A stretch of DNA of 64,000 bases from Lama guanicoe (GCA_013239625.1 MU054187.1:2737757-2801756); one strand, 5' to 3'. Shown: positions 24,901 to 39,300, numbered from the stretch's first letter. The notes: generated from the letters alone by a model not told the origin. Translations and numbers: made by a program.

Positions 24901-27440
24901 CCTTATGTGAAAAAATACTTTGTTGTTTATGCAATGCTGAGAACAGTGTCTTGTTAAATTCACATTCCCTTCTGACTGCATCAGTGGGTTACGGAGCCGT
25001 CACTGTGTTATAAATTGCTGATTAATAACTGTACGGCTGACGTGATGTCTTACTGGGCGCTATGCTACTTTTTATTTCATTTAATCTCAAAATAATGCTC
25101 CCAGGCATATACTGTGATGGGCTCCCCATACTGTAGATGAGGAAATGGGGGCTTACCCTGTGTAAGCACCCCCCGGGGGGCGCAGCGGGAAGGGGCACAG
25201 GCGGGCTCAGGTGCAGGTGTGACGCTGTCAGGCCGCACGTCAGCAGTGTCTCCGCCAGCTCTACACGTGGCGCCTGGGCGGCCTCAGGCTTGGACGGGCC
25301 CCACTGATGAGGAGCTGGGGAGACATTTCCAGAAAGAAGATGGAAGTACTTTCTAATGACAGAGTGAGAAAGGGCTCAGGAATCACGTAATTTCTTAACG
25401 GATATTACTGGACACAGATTAGGCGACATTTTCCAAAGGCCATTCTGTACCTCTTTTACCTCTGGTTTTTGTTCTGGAAGTGAAATATTTTAAAATCTCC
25501 AAAACAAGGGTCCTAGGATGACCCTGTGACTTTCAAATAAGAGCACCTCAGGCTGCAGCTTCGCAGAGCGAGCGGCCGTGTCCCTCGGTCCCGTTAATCA
25601 GAGGAAGGACTCTTGTTGGCTGAGCACAGGACACGGTGCTGCAGGCGGGGTACTTCCTTTAATTCCCCCCGCCCTGTGCGAGCTGCACAGTAGCCACTTT
25701 TCAGCTGGGGAAACAGTCTCAGGAGAGTTAAGTGCACCTACGTAAGCCCCAGGGCTGGGCTTCCAGCTCACGCCTGCCGTCTGCCCTTCTTAGGAGTAGG
25801 TCTGTTGTCCCTTGAAGAGTGAGGGAGGTGCGGTCACTTCTGCACGGAAGCGGGGTCTCACCAGCCTTCCAGCCCCGTCTCTGTGCTCCGACCCTGCGAT
25901 TGGGTCTAGAGGCGACCCGGTTCCCATTCAAAATCTGCTGCAAGTCCCCAAAGCTGCGCTGTGTGTTGTTTCAAGAACTGCCAATCTAATCAGCGTAGCT
26001 TTTGTCTGGGAAACCGACATCAGGGCCTCAAGGGCCCAGATTCCCACTGTTATCTCAGCTGACACACGGCTGCAAACCGGTCACGATGTGCGGGCAGCAC
26101 CTTTGATGATTCTCCACGTTTCTCCTCAAATGAGGGAGAAAACTGAGCACGCTGGTGATGAGTCTAGTCAGCACTTTTGCCCACAAAGATGCAAAAACCA
26201 GGCTCAGTTCTGATGGCTGGGCTGCAGGGAGGGATCGGTGACCTGCCTTCCTGCAGGACCCGCTTCTCCCCAGTCACTTTGGTTAATGAAGGCGGGGTGT
26301 CTGGATCCCACCCTCTTTGTTAAGTCTGGGGTTATCGAGTCACCTGCAGAAATGAGTCCTAACATTCTGCATAGGGTCTGGGTCAGGGAGAAGTTCTGGG
26401 TCTGGTTCTTTAAAACAGCTGGTCCCATGAGTCTGCTCAGCTTCTGAGTCAAAGCCTTGGATGAGTCCAGGGTCCTGAAGCCGCCCGGTCAGCAGGCTGC
26501 ACGTGGTTGCCGAGTTTCCGGCGCTGCTGCTTCTTGGTCCTGCTTGCTCCCGGCTAGGGAGGCAGGGCTCCTTTTGTTCTGGTCCATACCTCGGGGTCCC
26601 GGAGCCTCTGTGTCTGGGCTCCTCATCCCTGTGAGTTAAGTCCATGCCCCAGTCCCCTTCTCAAAAGCAGCCCACATCCGTGGGCCTGCAGTGCTCGCCT
26701 CCCTCTCTCCAGAGCCCTGAGAGGCAGCTCATCTCCTAGGAGGTGTGATGCTCTGCTCCGCCCTCATCCTCACATTCTGCCTGGCTCAGGAGACACCTGT
26801 TTGGACTGGGAGAGCCACTCTCTGACAAAGGGGATGTAGTAATGGCACAAGGCAGCAGAAAAAGTAAGGGTTTGAGCCAGACGGACATAACTGAGATGTT
26901 GGCTCCAATCTGCACTTACTTTGCCTCTGGACCCCAGACAAGGCTCCATCTCCCCGGGGCTGCTGTGAGGTCAGAGCCGATGTATACGAAGCCCCTGGTG
27001 CAGTGCCTGCGTGTGTTAGCCATTTCCTAACTGGTGGTGTCGACTGTGTTTTTTAGTGGACTGTCTGGACAGTGGGAAGCAAATATAACTTAGACATTCT
27101 TGAGCCTCTGGGATGGTTCGTATTGCTGGAGACAGAGACACAGGACTCAGGTTCTTCTGAACCAGCCCAGTGATCTCTAGAGAGTGGCTATCGTGGTTTT
27201 GATGCGGTTTCACCTTTCTTAGGTATTTTAAAGGTAGATCCAACAAGGAAGAGAAAATGCCCTGTAGCACTGTATCTGGACTGTGCAGCTGGGGATGGCC
27301 AAGGAAGCCTCTGGAACCTCCTGGAAGGTTGAGAATGTAGGCTAAATGGCTGGAACAGTTGACAGCTTGTGATGGCCCATTAGACAGCAGAATGATTTCA
27401 CAAACGAAGCGCCTCAAGTCAAGACTCTTGGGCTGGGTTC

Positions 27441-27526
27441 GGGGGGGGTGTAACTCAGTGGTAGAAAGTGTGCTTATTACGCAAGAGGTCCTGGATCAAT
27501 CCTCAGTACTACGGTTAAAAAAAAAA
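27441..27526 (+). mobile_element. Short tRNA-Ala-derived SINE (Vic-1-like)
   Basis: ggggtgtaactcagtggtagaaagtgtgcttattacgcaagaggtcctggatcaatcctcagtac plus poly-A. Imperfect target-site duplication (aagactcttggg / aagaactctcagg). Confidence 0.75.
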
Positions 27527-28425
27527 GAACTCTCAGGTCATCTAAAACGAGACTGGATGAGCACGCAGGGAAGTGAACGAGGTGGCGGAAGACTTTCCTG
27601 TTTCTGATTCCCGTGGGTCTATGGAAGGGCCTCTTTTTTGCATTTTCTAATAGACGTCTATTTTTTCTTTTAGGCTTCGAGCGGCACTTTTTTTTCTCTC
27701 TCTCAGACGTATTTATAGATTCTACTTATAAAGCTTAAAATTACAACAAAAATGCCATTTCATACACTAAGTTTAGTCCCTTTTAAATCCTGTCTTGCAA
27801 ATTTCTTCTCCTACCAAGCAAAGCTGTCCCCTCAGGTTGCCGTCTGTCCGCTGCTATTTCTGAATTACATCCACAGAAGACTTCATCCACCGCTGATAAG
27901 GAATTTAGCGCCATTGGCAGGTCAGCTTGTGATTTTAGCCTTGGACTACAGCTGCAAATTAGGGAGCATCTTTCAATTTAAGTGATTCCCTGGGATGCGG
28001 AGCCCATCCAAAGGCAGAAGCATACGTTGCGCTATAAGGATTAAAGAAGCAGTTTTGCAGAAGCAGCGCTCCCACAGCGGACCACGCTTTCAGGACGGCT
28101 TGTCACGGAAGAGAGACTGGCGGCGAGCACAGGAAAGGAGCTGGGAGTGAGAGCGCAGAAGTGGGGTTGAAGAGGCAATAGGAGAGACAGCAGGGGACTG
28201 AAGGGACCCAGAGGGAGTTAACCGTGGCACCAGCACCAAGGTCAGAGCCAGCTCAGCGCCCTGGCTGGTCTGCACCTGGTGAAGGTCAGAGCTGACAGCT
28301 GGGCTGGAGTTTAGGAAAGTCCTTGCAGTATCAGTGGGAAGCGGGGCCCCAGAAGGAAATGGACGACAAGCTTTGGCAACAGAAAAGGCTTTGGACGTGA
28401 CACTGACATTTCAGTTTAGTCTGAA

Positions 28426-28550
28426 TTTTTTTGGGGGGAGGAGGGGAGGTAATTAGGTTTATTTATTTATTTTAATGGAGGGACTGGGGATTGAACCTAA
28501 GACCTCATGCATGCTAAGCACGCACTCTACCGCTGAGCTATACCTTCCCC
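28426..28550 (-). mobile_element. tRNA-Ala-derived SINE (Vic-1-like)
   Basis: Reverse complement reads ggggaaggtatagctcagcggtagagtgcgtgcttagcatgcatgaggtcttaggttcaatcccc...aataaataaacctaattacctcccc. TSD-like flanks agtctgaattttt / agcctgaagtttt. Confidence 0.9.
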
Positions 28551-28819
28551 TTCCAAGCCTGAAGTTTTATACTTGACATTGTGGGTCAGAAGCTGGTGCC
28601 TGAAGTGCAGGTGGAGGAAGGTGAGAGTATCGGGGGGAACGTCATTAAGTGAGATTTACAGGAAGAAAGACAGATGCTGATTTTACAGCATCTCCAGACA
28701 TGGGTCTACCTTGATTTCAATATCCCTTGGTTTTTGGCCTTTATTTGGATACTAGATCTTCTCTCTGGAAGGAAAATGAAAGGGGATTAAACAAACACTG
28801 CTAGAATGTCTACGACTTA

Positions 28820-29020
28820 AAAAGCACTTGGCCCAGCACTTTACATATGCTATTCGCCGAACTGTTAAGCAGCCTCTGAGATACTTATTTTTATCTATAT
28901 TTTGTAGAAGATATGGAGGCTCAGGTGGGTAAGTCACCCGAGTGCACAGGAGCAGTCAGTGGTGGCCTTTAGACTCACTGCCAGGCATACGTGATCCTGA
29001 AGTCCCCACTCTTTTCACCC
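28820..29020 (-). mobile_element. MIR SINE
   Basis: 'cccagcactttacatatg...tattttgtagaagatatggaggctcaggtgggtaagtcacccgagtgcacag'. Confidence 0.6.
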
Positions 29021-29299
29021 CATGTGCTGTTTCCTGCTGGTGCCTGGTGGCGCCAGCGAGGGGCCCCCACACGCAGCTGCTCTCAGTAAGTTTTACAGGC
29101 TGCCAACTTCCACCCTCCCTCCGTCTCTTTCTCTTTCTCCTACTAATCTCTTAAAATCCATTTTTCTCCCATTTTTTCTGATTTTTAAAATAGACTTTAT
29201 TTTCTAGAGCAATATCACGTCCACAGCATAACAGAGCAGAAGGGACAGAGATTTCCCACGACTGCCCCAGCCCCTACCTACAAGGCTCCAGCCTCTACT

Positions 29300-29720
29300 C
29301 CTGCTGTTCTAACGTCCGTCCTCCGCACAGTAACCAGAGCCATCTCTCCACGATGCAGATTAGACTTCCCCACCAGAACAAAACTGAACTCCTCACCAAG
29401 GCCTGGCGCCCTGAGCAGCCTGGCCTCCTACTCCTCTGATGGTACCTTTCTTTACTTGCCACCTCACTCAGATTTAACAGCTTCTCTGGCCTCATTTCTG
29501 CCTCAGGGCCTTTGCATATTCTGTCCTTTCTGTTTGGAATACATTTCTTCTATGTTTTGGGGTAGTTTTTTCTCTTTCCAGATTTAGTTTCACCTTAAAC
29601 ATCCCCTTCTTAGAAGGGACTTTCCTGAGAAACTGACTGGCCTTCCTCGCTTTCTACCAAGTTACCCTACTTTATCTTTTTCAAATCACTTCTGCCCCCG
29701 AAATTATTTTATTTGCTAAT
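29300..29720. mobile_element. L2 LINE 3' fragment
   Basis: 'gcctcagggcctttgcatattctgtcctttctgtttggaatac' is a typical L2 3' motif. Confidence 0.55.
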
Positions 29721-29744
29721 TTTCTTTTTTTGCTGCCTGTAGTT

Positions 29745-30240
29745 CCATCAGTTAGCTTTTACAGCATTGAAAAAAAAATCACCCTGAACTTAGTGGCTAA
29801 AACAAGCATTTATTGAGCTTATGAGTTGGGCAGGCCAGTGGGACTGGGCCCAGATGGGTGGTCTTCCGGGTTAGACTGGGCTTCCTTACGTGTCTGTACT
29901 CAGGTGGGTGGCTCTGTGCTGAGGGCCAGCTGGCCGCTGGCCGGGGTGACTGTGCCACCTACACTAGGCCTCTCTCCTAGTCTTGCAGGCCAGCCCATGC
30001 TTACTCATGTGCTGAGTAACAGGAGGTTCTTGGGAGAGCTGAGCGACCCATTATCTTGAGATCTGCTTTTGCTGCTGCCATAATGTCCCTCGGCTTCATC
30101 CTGTTGGTCCAAGCAGCTCACATTCAAGGAGTGGGAAAACAGACGGCGCCTCTTGATGGGAGGAGCTACAGGTGACACTGGGAAGGGGTGTGGATGGAGG
30201 GAGGGAATAACTGTGCTCATTTTTGCAAACAATCATAACA
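29745..30240 (-). mobile_element. MaLR LTR (MLT1F-H-like)
   Basis: 'caccctgaacttagtggctaaaacaagcatttatt' ... 'cctcttgatgggaggagctaca' ... 'tttttgcaaacaatcataaca'. Confidence 0.65.
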
Positions 30241-31224
30241 GTGATTTGCCATTTATGTCAGGTTATTTGCATCAGCAACTTCTATTTGTTTGTTTGAGCT
30301 TGGGAGACCACGCACCTCGGGAATCTTTAGGGGCAAAGAGCATCTCTTCCTGGAGTTGCTGGACGAGCTGCGTGTTTTCTGTCCACTTCTCTGCATCAGA
30401 GGCACAGCCAGTCGTGCGGCGTGGAAGTGAGCAGGGTGACGGCAGGCTCCCTGCGGACTGCGCTTTCTGGTTAGCGTCTCAGCCGAGGGGCCTGTGCCAG
30501 GTCGGTCTTATTTGCAGGACGACTGTGACCCTGGTGGGAAGGTGGCGAGGGTGCGAGTCGTAGCACGTTGAGCTCTGGTGTCCAGGTGATTTCTTTACCA
30601 GACCAGTTCTGTGAAAGGTTTCATATCTTTGTCCCTGAAATCTTAAGTTAGGGCCTTATTATTTAGACCGCTCGAAGATTCTGTGCTTTTAATAGACTCC
30701 TTTCTGTGTAATCCCCAGGGTCAGATTTGGTCTCTTGCCACCAAGAGTTCCGATCCAGCAGTTGGTACCAGGAATAGGGTGGATTTTTCACGTATAATGA
30801 GAAGAGTTAGGGGGTTACCAGCTTAGCCCAGCTGCTCCCGCAGCTGTCAGGATCTCCTCTCTTCCTACGTGGCCGTTCGCCATGCGCGAGTGTTTGTCTC
30901 TGTGCGTGTTGTCGCTAACCAGCTCCCTGTGTGACTCCCACGTTCCAGGCAGGGAGAGGGAAGATGGGGGTGGCACCAGCTGTGTCTGTTTCTTTTATCA
31001 AGAAAGCAAAAGTTCCTAGAAGTGCTCCTTCAGATCTTCCCTTACATTGTCTTGGCTTCAACAAGGTCACCTGGATCACCAACCCAAGAGATGGAAAAGT
31101 GAGAATCTGGCTTTCCGCCCTCCCTGAGGAAGGTGCGAAGGGAGCAGGCTCGGGAATGTGTGTTGAACAAGATGATGACCAGTGGCTACTGCATCGTTAG
31201 TTTCCCCTTTAGTGATGTATTTAG

Positions 31225-31899
31225 TTTTGTTTTATTTTTCAAGTGAAGCATAGTCAGTTTATAATGTTGTGTCCATTTCAGGCATACAGCATCATCTTTC
31301 AGTCATACACATACATACATATATTCCTTTTCATACCCTTTTTCAGTTACAGGGTTACTACAAGATACTGAATATAGTCCCCTGTGCTGCACAGTAGAAA
31401 CTTGTTGTCTATCTATTTTATATACTGTAGTTAGTATCTGCAAATCTCGAATTCAAAATTTATCCCTTCCCAACCCCTTTCCCTCCTAATAACCGTAAGT
31501 TTGTTTTCTACGTCGGTGAGTTTGTTTATGTTTATGCAAATAAGTTCATTTGTGTCATTTTTTAGATTCCATGTAGTGGTATCATGTATTTTTCTTTCTC
31601 TGTCTGACTTACTTCACTCAGCATGATGATCTCCAGGTCCATCACGTTGCTGCCAGTGGCATTATTTTATTCTTTTTTATGGCTGAGAAGTATTCCCTTG
31701 TATAAATATACCACCGCTTCTTTATCCAGTCATCTGTCAATGGACATTTAGGTTGCTTCCATGTCTTGGCTGTTGTATATGGTGCTGCTATGAACACTGG
31801 GGTGCAGGTGTCTTTTCAAATTAGAGTTCCCTCTGGACACATGCCCAGGAGTGGGATTGCTGGGTCATATGGTAAGTCTATTTTTAGTTTCTTAAGGAG
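31225..31899 (-). mobile_element. LINE-1 3' end (same family as 14577-16055)
   Basis: Shares long near-identical stretches with 14590-15240, e.g. 'ttctttatccagtcatctgtc...gacat...ggttgcttccatgtcttggctgttgta'. Confidence 0.9.
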
Positions 31900-32169
31900 C
31901 TCCCCCCTTAGAAGGATGGTTCCTGGAGAACAGGGGTTGAGCGTTGTTCACTGCTGTCTCTCCTGTGCCTAGAACAGTGCTTGGCAAATATGGGACCTTA
32001 AAATTCATTGACTGATTGATTTCTAATCCACTGTCAACAGCTGGAGAGTCTTTCTTCCAAATCTGTCTTATCTTTTGCTTTTATTACAGAGCCACCATTC
32101 TATGCCAGGCCAATTATTAAAGATTTATTTATGAAAGATTTGTTTCCATGCTATATTTCTCTCTCCAGT

Positions 32170-32360
32170 CTTTTGTTTGTTTTTAAATTTTTTATTTTTT
32201 ATTTTCTTATTGAAATGTAGTTGATGTACAATGTTTCAAGTGTACAGCAAGGTGATTCTGTTATATATACATATATCTCGGTTCTTTCTCAGATTCTTTT
32301 CCCTTATAGGTTGTTTCAAGATCGTGAATCCAGTTCCCGGTGCTGTACAGTAGGCCCTTG
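32170..32360 (-). mobile_element. Short LINE-1 3' end
   Basis: T-rich tail then 'ttgaaatgtagttgatgtacaatg...cagattcttttcccttataggttg...gtgctgtacagtaggcccttg'. Confidence 0.75.
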
Positions 32361-33507
32361 CGCTTTCTCCGCAGTCTCTTCCATATTCTGTGTGCGTTGC
32401 CTTCTGCCACTAGAATATCACGGTGAATACCGTTTCTGGCTTGTCCTTGTCATTCTCATAGATCTGTGTTAGTTGTGCTGTGGTAAATCGCAGTCTCTCA
32501 GCCTGGGGTTCCGTGCTGCGCATTAGCTGCCTCTTTCCCTCCCACATCAGCAACTTCACTGGTAATCACTCACAAAGCCAGCTCATCCCCTGGCCATCTG
32601 GTATACCTGCCACGTCCAGTGTGAGCAGAGGGCAGGCTGCAGGGCTCACCGGGACAAAGGCAGACGGCTGTACCGGGAAGGGAGTAAGTGGGACCAGACT
32701 TAGGGAAGACCCTCAGCGGGGGAAGGCCTGCCAGGCTGTTGGTGAGAGGGAAAGGGCAGTCACCATTCACTTTGAACTTGTGTCTAGCCTGCAGTCTCCT
32801 CAGTAGAACTCATACCGGGCAGGGCGTCTGACTGGGCGGAAGCAGGAAAGGGCCACCTCAGTCCGGTCAGGGGGGCGCTCAGAGCAGTCCTTTTGTCCCT
32901 GAGAAGTGGAGCATGAACCAGGATCGAGAACCGCAGACTGAAACACAGACTGGCCCGCAGGAGGCTGAAGTTCAGGGCCATGCAGCAGAGCAGGCACTCA
33001 GCCATTCTTTAGGCTTCTAGAGAGGATGAGACCGTGCGCAGCCAGCCCGGGGAGGCCGAGCCTGCCCTGCGTAGGGCCTCAGGGCTGGCAGCCAGACCGC
33101 GCTGGGTCAGGTGGGGACTGGCAGCCCCGTCTGCCTGCCTTCCCTCTCCTTTTACACGTGCTCCACTTCTTATCAGAAACATATTCTTGGCTTGTGTGCT
33201 TACAGGGAGTTTCTGAAAACCTTGGGGTACAGTTATGTTACAGTTCAATGTATTTGCTGAAAGATAATTCAAGTCATATTTACAAAAAGACAGTATAGAC
33301 AGATATAAAATTGGCATGCTGTTTTTCAGGCAAAATGAAAGCTTCAATTTCCAGCTTTGGTTTAAACTCCAGTCTACAATTAGGTATTCACTCTCCCCTT
33401 TCCTTAGAGGTACTAGGATGGAAAGAATTGAGAAACTCAGGATTTTAAGTCAAGTAAAGTGCTTCTAGAGACACTGTAATTATTATGAAAGTTGTTAATT
33501 AAAGATG

Positions 33508-33817
33508 TGTGTTTTCACTTATATGTGGAATCTAAAAAACAAAACAAACAAATAAAACAGAAACAGACCCACAGATGAAGAGGGCAACCTAGTGGCTGCC
33601 AAAGGAGAGAAGGGGTGGGAGAGGGACGAAATTGGTGAAGGTACAAACTACCATTTATAAAATAAGTAAGTCACAGAGACATGACGTACAGCACAGGGAG
33701 TATTGTCAATATGTTATAATAACTTTGCATGGTGTGCAATCTATAAAAATATCAAATCTTTATGCTGTAGGCCTGAAACTAGTATGATACTGTAAGTCAT
33801 CTATACATCCATAAAAA
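33508..33817 (+). mobile_element. LINE-1 3'UTR fragment
   Basis: 'tcacttatatgtggaatctaaaaaac...tatgctgtaggcctgaaactagtatgatactgtaagtcatctatac' followed by an A tail. Confidence 0.85.
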
Positions 33818-35169
33818 ATTACTCATCCTAAGATTTTCAACTAGAATTCAGAAAGTTCCACTTTCAGAATGCATTAAAAAGACCATGTCTGAGATTTTTT
33901 AAAAAAAATTCTTTAACAGGAAAGGAAAGCTCTCGTTGACAGCATTAGTGGTAAGGATTAGAAAAAAACTGCTATTTGGAGAGAATATCCCAATGTCTTC
34001 TTTTTTAAGGTAAAAAAGTTAAGTCAGTCTAAAAGAATTTCAGGGTGTTTTTCTCACTCTTAAAAAATAATGAACATTTATCATTTAAAATAAGAAAGTC
34101 CTTATGCATAGTGCAGTTTTATTCAGGAACATCTATTTCCTCTAAGCAATAAAGATCTTCCAAACATTTTAAAGTAACACCTTAATCTAATTGCACGAAC
34201 AGAATGGAACTTTCCACTGTCATCTCTTTGCAGTAAGTTAGAATCTTCACGTATCTAAATAGTCCCCTGTGGCAGCGTGCTGATCACATACCAGGGGAAA
34301 TTTACCCAAAATCACTTGAATTTTACTGGCTGCCTCCAATAAGTGATGTGAAATCCCAAGAACTGTTTATCATCTGAGAGAGAAAAGTATAAACTGAAGT
34401 TCTACTTACTTGTTCTGTCAAGATATGTAGGAACAATTTTTTGGATTGGCTGGTCTAAACTTAGGTTGGTTATATGTATTTTGAGGATAGCTGCCTTTTC
34501 CTTCAATAATAGTGAAGTTATTCCTTTTTTGGTTAAGTAAAATAGACTCTTTTATAGTATTTTGAACACCCTTGAAGACTTTATGGAAAAGGTGATTTAC
34601 CCCTGACAGGCAAAATTTTTAGAGCAACAATGTTTTGTTGTTTTGTTTTGTTTTACTGTTTCATTTAGGAAATAGTACTTATCAAATTCTGACCAAGTGA
34701 TTATAACTCATTAATTTGTCCAGAATTAAAAAATAAATATTAATCACAGAAACGATAGATCTCAATGTACAGTTTTGGGATATACAGAATTCTGCCTCAG
34801 TAACACTAATTCTCCATAAGACTACGCTAGACGTCAAGATGCTTTCATCGGGATCATTTTGAATTTTGAGTGTATCCAGATCAGTTTCATCTGATCAGCC
34901 AGTGATGGAAATGTGAAATTCCACTGTGAACTCGGGGGCTTTTTGTTATTTCAGCATAACTTAGACTACTGTGTCCATCATAGGCTTTAACCATGTCACA
35001 ACTGTCAATACTATATAATTTCTAGCGTTTGCTCATTTCACTACGTGAATAATAATATTCACTGCTTTCACAAGACACAAATTACAGCCCTCACTTGAAT
35101 GCCTCTAAAATCTCTCTTATGCTGATCTCTCTCCCCATCAGCAATGTCATGCTAATAACTGCTTTTTGG

Positions 35170-36050
35170 ACATCACTAACTGGATGTCTATGACTTCAAA
35201 CTAAGTATGTCACAAATGGAATGGATTTATACAGTTCCTGACTTAAGTCTCTCCTGTCACGTAGTCTATGGTTGTTAATGGCACTGCAGCTTCTCCAGGC
35301 TTGACAAACTTGAGTTACCCCTTTAAACAAAGACATGGCAATTACTTGATAAAAGCCAGCTCCTGCAGTCATCTGTGTTCCGGCTGCTTCATGCAACTTC
35401 TGCTGAACTATGCTCTGCACTGGCTTCTTTAGTTCCAGTAGATTGTTCATTTAGGGGATTAAATAAATTACCTATCTCCTTGCCTTCCGCAGTCAACCTA
35501 TTGTTGTGTTATTTTGGGTCTACCTCTGAAGTTTTGGGGGACTCATTTCCTTCCTTTCTGTTTCTATTTTCATTAGTATAAGTTAGGCCCTCAGGAACTC
35601 TTGATTTAACTATTTTTAGGGCCATCTCACCAGTTTCTGTCACTACAGTCTACTCCCTCCTAATCGTCGGATGTACAGTGTCAGTGAGATGCTCAGTTCT
35701 GATGTCATCTCCCTGCTCAGAAATCTTCAGTGCTTTCCCACGTTCTGTGGAATAAACGCCTTCGCCAGGCATTTTTGACCCTCTGCAGTGTGGCCTCAAC
35801 ACACACAGAGACTTCAACATTAGATGGAGAACATTACTGCAAAGTGGTTAATTGGCCCCTCTATTTACTAACGGTGTGTCCTTTGGTAAAGTACTATTCC
35901 TTCCTCGACCCCAGTGTTCCGAGCTGGAAAACATGGTTAACAATACTATGTACCTCATGGAGTTGCTGTGAGGATTGAATGAAATAATTTATTTAAAGCG
36001 TTAAGTATGTGCCTGGCACAAAGCAGTTAGTCAACGTTTTATTGTTATTG
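35170..36050. mobile_element. L2 fragment followed by a MIR (~35850-36050)
   Basis: L2-like 'tctgatgtcatctcccctgctcagaaatcttcagtgctttccca'. MIR-like 'tacctcatggagttgctgtgaggattgaatgaaataatttatttaaagcgttaag...gcctggcaca'. Confidence 0.6.
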
Positions 36051-36304
36051 TTGTTACTATTATTACTATGACAGCACTGCTGGGGGTAGAAGCAGAGGCT
36101 GTTTATCCATGGAGCTTGTGTCAGTTTAGTCCTCTGTGAGTTTTAGAAGTGGGAGCACGCGTCTGCTACAGCGCTGGGCATTCTGGTCCCTCCTCATTTA
36201 GCTCCCGTGTTTGCCTCATTAGCAGTGACTTCCAGATGAAGGGCTATGCCTGTTGAGTTGTATGGAGCACATTAAAACCTGACCTGACCTGCTGCCTAAC
36301 GGGA

Positions 36305-39300
36305 TTAGTCACAAAACCCAAACGTCCATCAGCTGGTGAACAGATACGCAAAATAACGGTATGTTCATACGCTACGACACTATTCAGCAGTGAAAAGGAA
36401 CGATGTGCTGCTGTGTGCTAAAACACAGCTGAACCTCAAAAGCATTACGCTAAATCAGTGTAGCCAGACACAAAAGACTCCGTGTCTTATGATTCTGTTT
36501 ATATGAAATGTCCAAAATAGGCGAATCTGTAGAGACAGGAAGTAGATTAGTAGCCGCCTCGGGCTCTCGGTGGAAATGAGAAATGACTGTAGATGGGGAC
36601 AAAGTGTCCTTCTGGGTTGATGGAAATGTGTGTGTCTAGTTCTCTGTCATTTCATCACACGTGTACCCACCACCACAGTCGAGATACAGAACTGAAGATG
36701 TCTTCATCCTGCTGCCCCTTAGGGTCCCACCCACCCCTCTCCCACACCATCCGTAACCCTGAGACCCCCAACCTGTTCCCCATCTCTGTGATTTTGTCAT
36801 TTCAAAAATTTTATGTAAGCAAAATCACACAGTATGTGAGACCACTTACATTTAATGTAATTATTGCTATCTTAGGGCCTAAGTCTTCCATATTATTTTT
36901 TAATGTTTGTTCTCTTTGGTTTTTCATTTCCCTGTTTTCTCTTTCATGCCTTCCTTTGGGATATGTGAGCAGTTTTCAGTTTCATTTTGATTTTTCTACA
37001 TTGTTTTTGAGCATAACTCTTCGTGTATGTTGGTGGAAGTTCTAGGTATTACATTGTACCTACAAAATTACCAATTTACTGATGTAGACATTTTACCAGT
37101 TTAAGTGCAGAAATCTTAGCTCCCCTTAACCTCCCATTTATATTTGTTTTAATATTTCCTTTAATATTTCCTCTACATACATTGAGAACCATATAATATA
37201 ATATTACATTTTTTGCCTCAACTGTCAAACATAATATAGAAAATTACAGAGAAGGAAAATCTATTTAATTTTTGGTCTTTCTGTTGTTCTTTCTTCCTTC
37301 CAGATATTCCAAGATTCCTTCTTTTATAATTTTGTTTCTATTAGTTAACTTTCTTTACAAATTCTTTTAGAGTAAGTCTGCTAGTGACAAATTCTTTTAG
37401 CTTTCCTTCATCTGAGCATGTCTGGGTTACTCTTCATTCCTCAAGGATATTTGCACTGGGCATAGAACTCTAGTCAATAGCTCTTTTATTTTAGCACAGT
37501 AAAGTGCTTGTAACTTCCTTCTGGCCTCTGTGGTTTCTGATGGGAAATCTGTCTAATTGTTTTTCTCGTATATGTAATGTGTCATCTCTCTCTGGTTGCT
37601 TTCAAAATTTTTTGTCTTTAATTTTCTGAAGTTTGATTATGATGTGTTTTGGTGTGAATTTCTTTGAGTTTATTATCTTTGGGATTCAATCAGTTTCTTG
37701 AATCATAGTTTGTCTTCTGCAAGATTTGGGAAATTTCCAGCCATTATATCTGGGAATATTTCAGCCACCCCCTTCACCCCGGAACACTGTCTCTTTTCCT
37801 TCTGCAATTCTGATGACCCACATATTAGCTCTTCTGTTCTAGTCCTGGGAACTAGAGGTTCTTTTCATTATTATTATTTTTTAATCTATTTTCTCTCTGT
37901 CGCTCAGAGTGGGTAAGTTTCATTGTTCTAACTTCATGTTCACTGATCCTCTCTTCCGTCTTCTCTGTTATGCTGGTGAGACCTCCCACTGGGTTCTTAC
38001 GTTTCAGTTATTATACATTTTCATTTCTAAGATGTCCATTTCATTCTTCTTTATATCTTCTATTTCTTGGCTGAGGCCTTCTATTTTTTCGTTTGTTTCA
38101 GATGTGTTTGTAATTGCTTGTTGAAGTATTTTTATGATGTCTGCTTTAAACTTGTTGTCAGATAATTCTAACCTCTGTGCCATGTTGCTGATGACATTTG
38201 TTGATTGTTTTTTATCAGTCAAGTTGAGATTTTCTGGTTCTTGGTAAAGTGAATTCTTTTTAAAACTTGTATCCAGGACACTTGGGCACTATGTTATGAG
38301 ACTGTGGATCCAGTTTAAAACTTGCATTTTACCAGGTCTCCACTGACATTCTGCTGGCAGGAGGAAGGAAGCACACCTGTTTACTGCCCACATTGACTTA
38401 TTTGATCACCTGGGGAAAGGGGGCCTCACTGCCCTGAGGGAGGTGGGACTTCACGCTTCCTTTGGGGGTCTCACTGGCCCTGGGGGTGGGGGTGACCTCA
38501 TTGCTGCTGCGTGGTGGTGAAAGCTCTGGCTTTCTTCTGAGCCTCCTCTGACGCCAGCAGGGAGGGGAGCAGTGGCTTTGTCACTGCCAGGTGAGAATGG
38601 AAGTGCTGGTTCGCTGCTTGGTCTTCACTTGTATCATCCCCACATGGGGAAGGGAGAGATGCCACACTGCAGCTAAATGGTAGTAGTCAAGGCTTGGTAA
38701 GGCAGAGGGGGGTGGGGTGGGCTGTTTTTTCCCGTGGTGTTTGGCTAGGGTGGGCAGTTTCTCCCTTTTCCTGTACACCTTAAACTTATACAGTGCTGTA
38801 TCTTAATTATATATCAATAAAACTGGAAGGAAAAAAAAAAGAAATGATACCACTGAAGACCTGTACACAAATGTTCATAGAAGTATTATCCATAAGAACC
38901 CCAAACTGGAAACAAACCAAATGCGCTTCAACTGGTGAATGAATAAATAAAATAAATTTTAAAAATCCATAAAATAGATTACTATCTGGCAGTAATAGGG
39001 AATGAAGTACTGATACATGCTATTACATGGATGAACCTCGAACACTATGGTAAGTGAAAGAAGCCAGTCACAAAAGACCACATATTGTAGGATTCCATTC
39101 ATATAAAACGTCCAGAACAGGCAACTCCGTAGAGATAGAAAGAGATTCCTGCTTGGGTAGGAATCCACCCCCGGTGTGCGGGGGGTGGGATGGGCACAAA
39201 GTTTCTGGGGCATTCTAAAATTGGAGTGCTCAAAAGTGTTCTAAAATTACATCATGGTGATGGTTGCACAACTCTGTGATTATCTCATTGAATCCACTTT

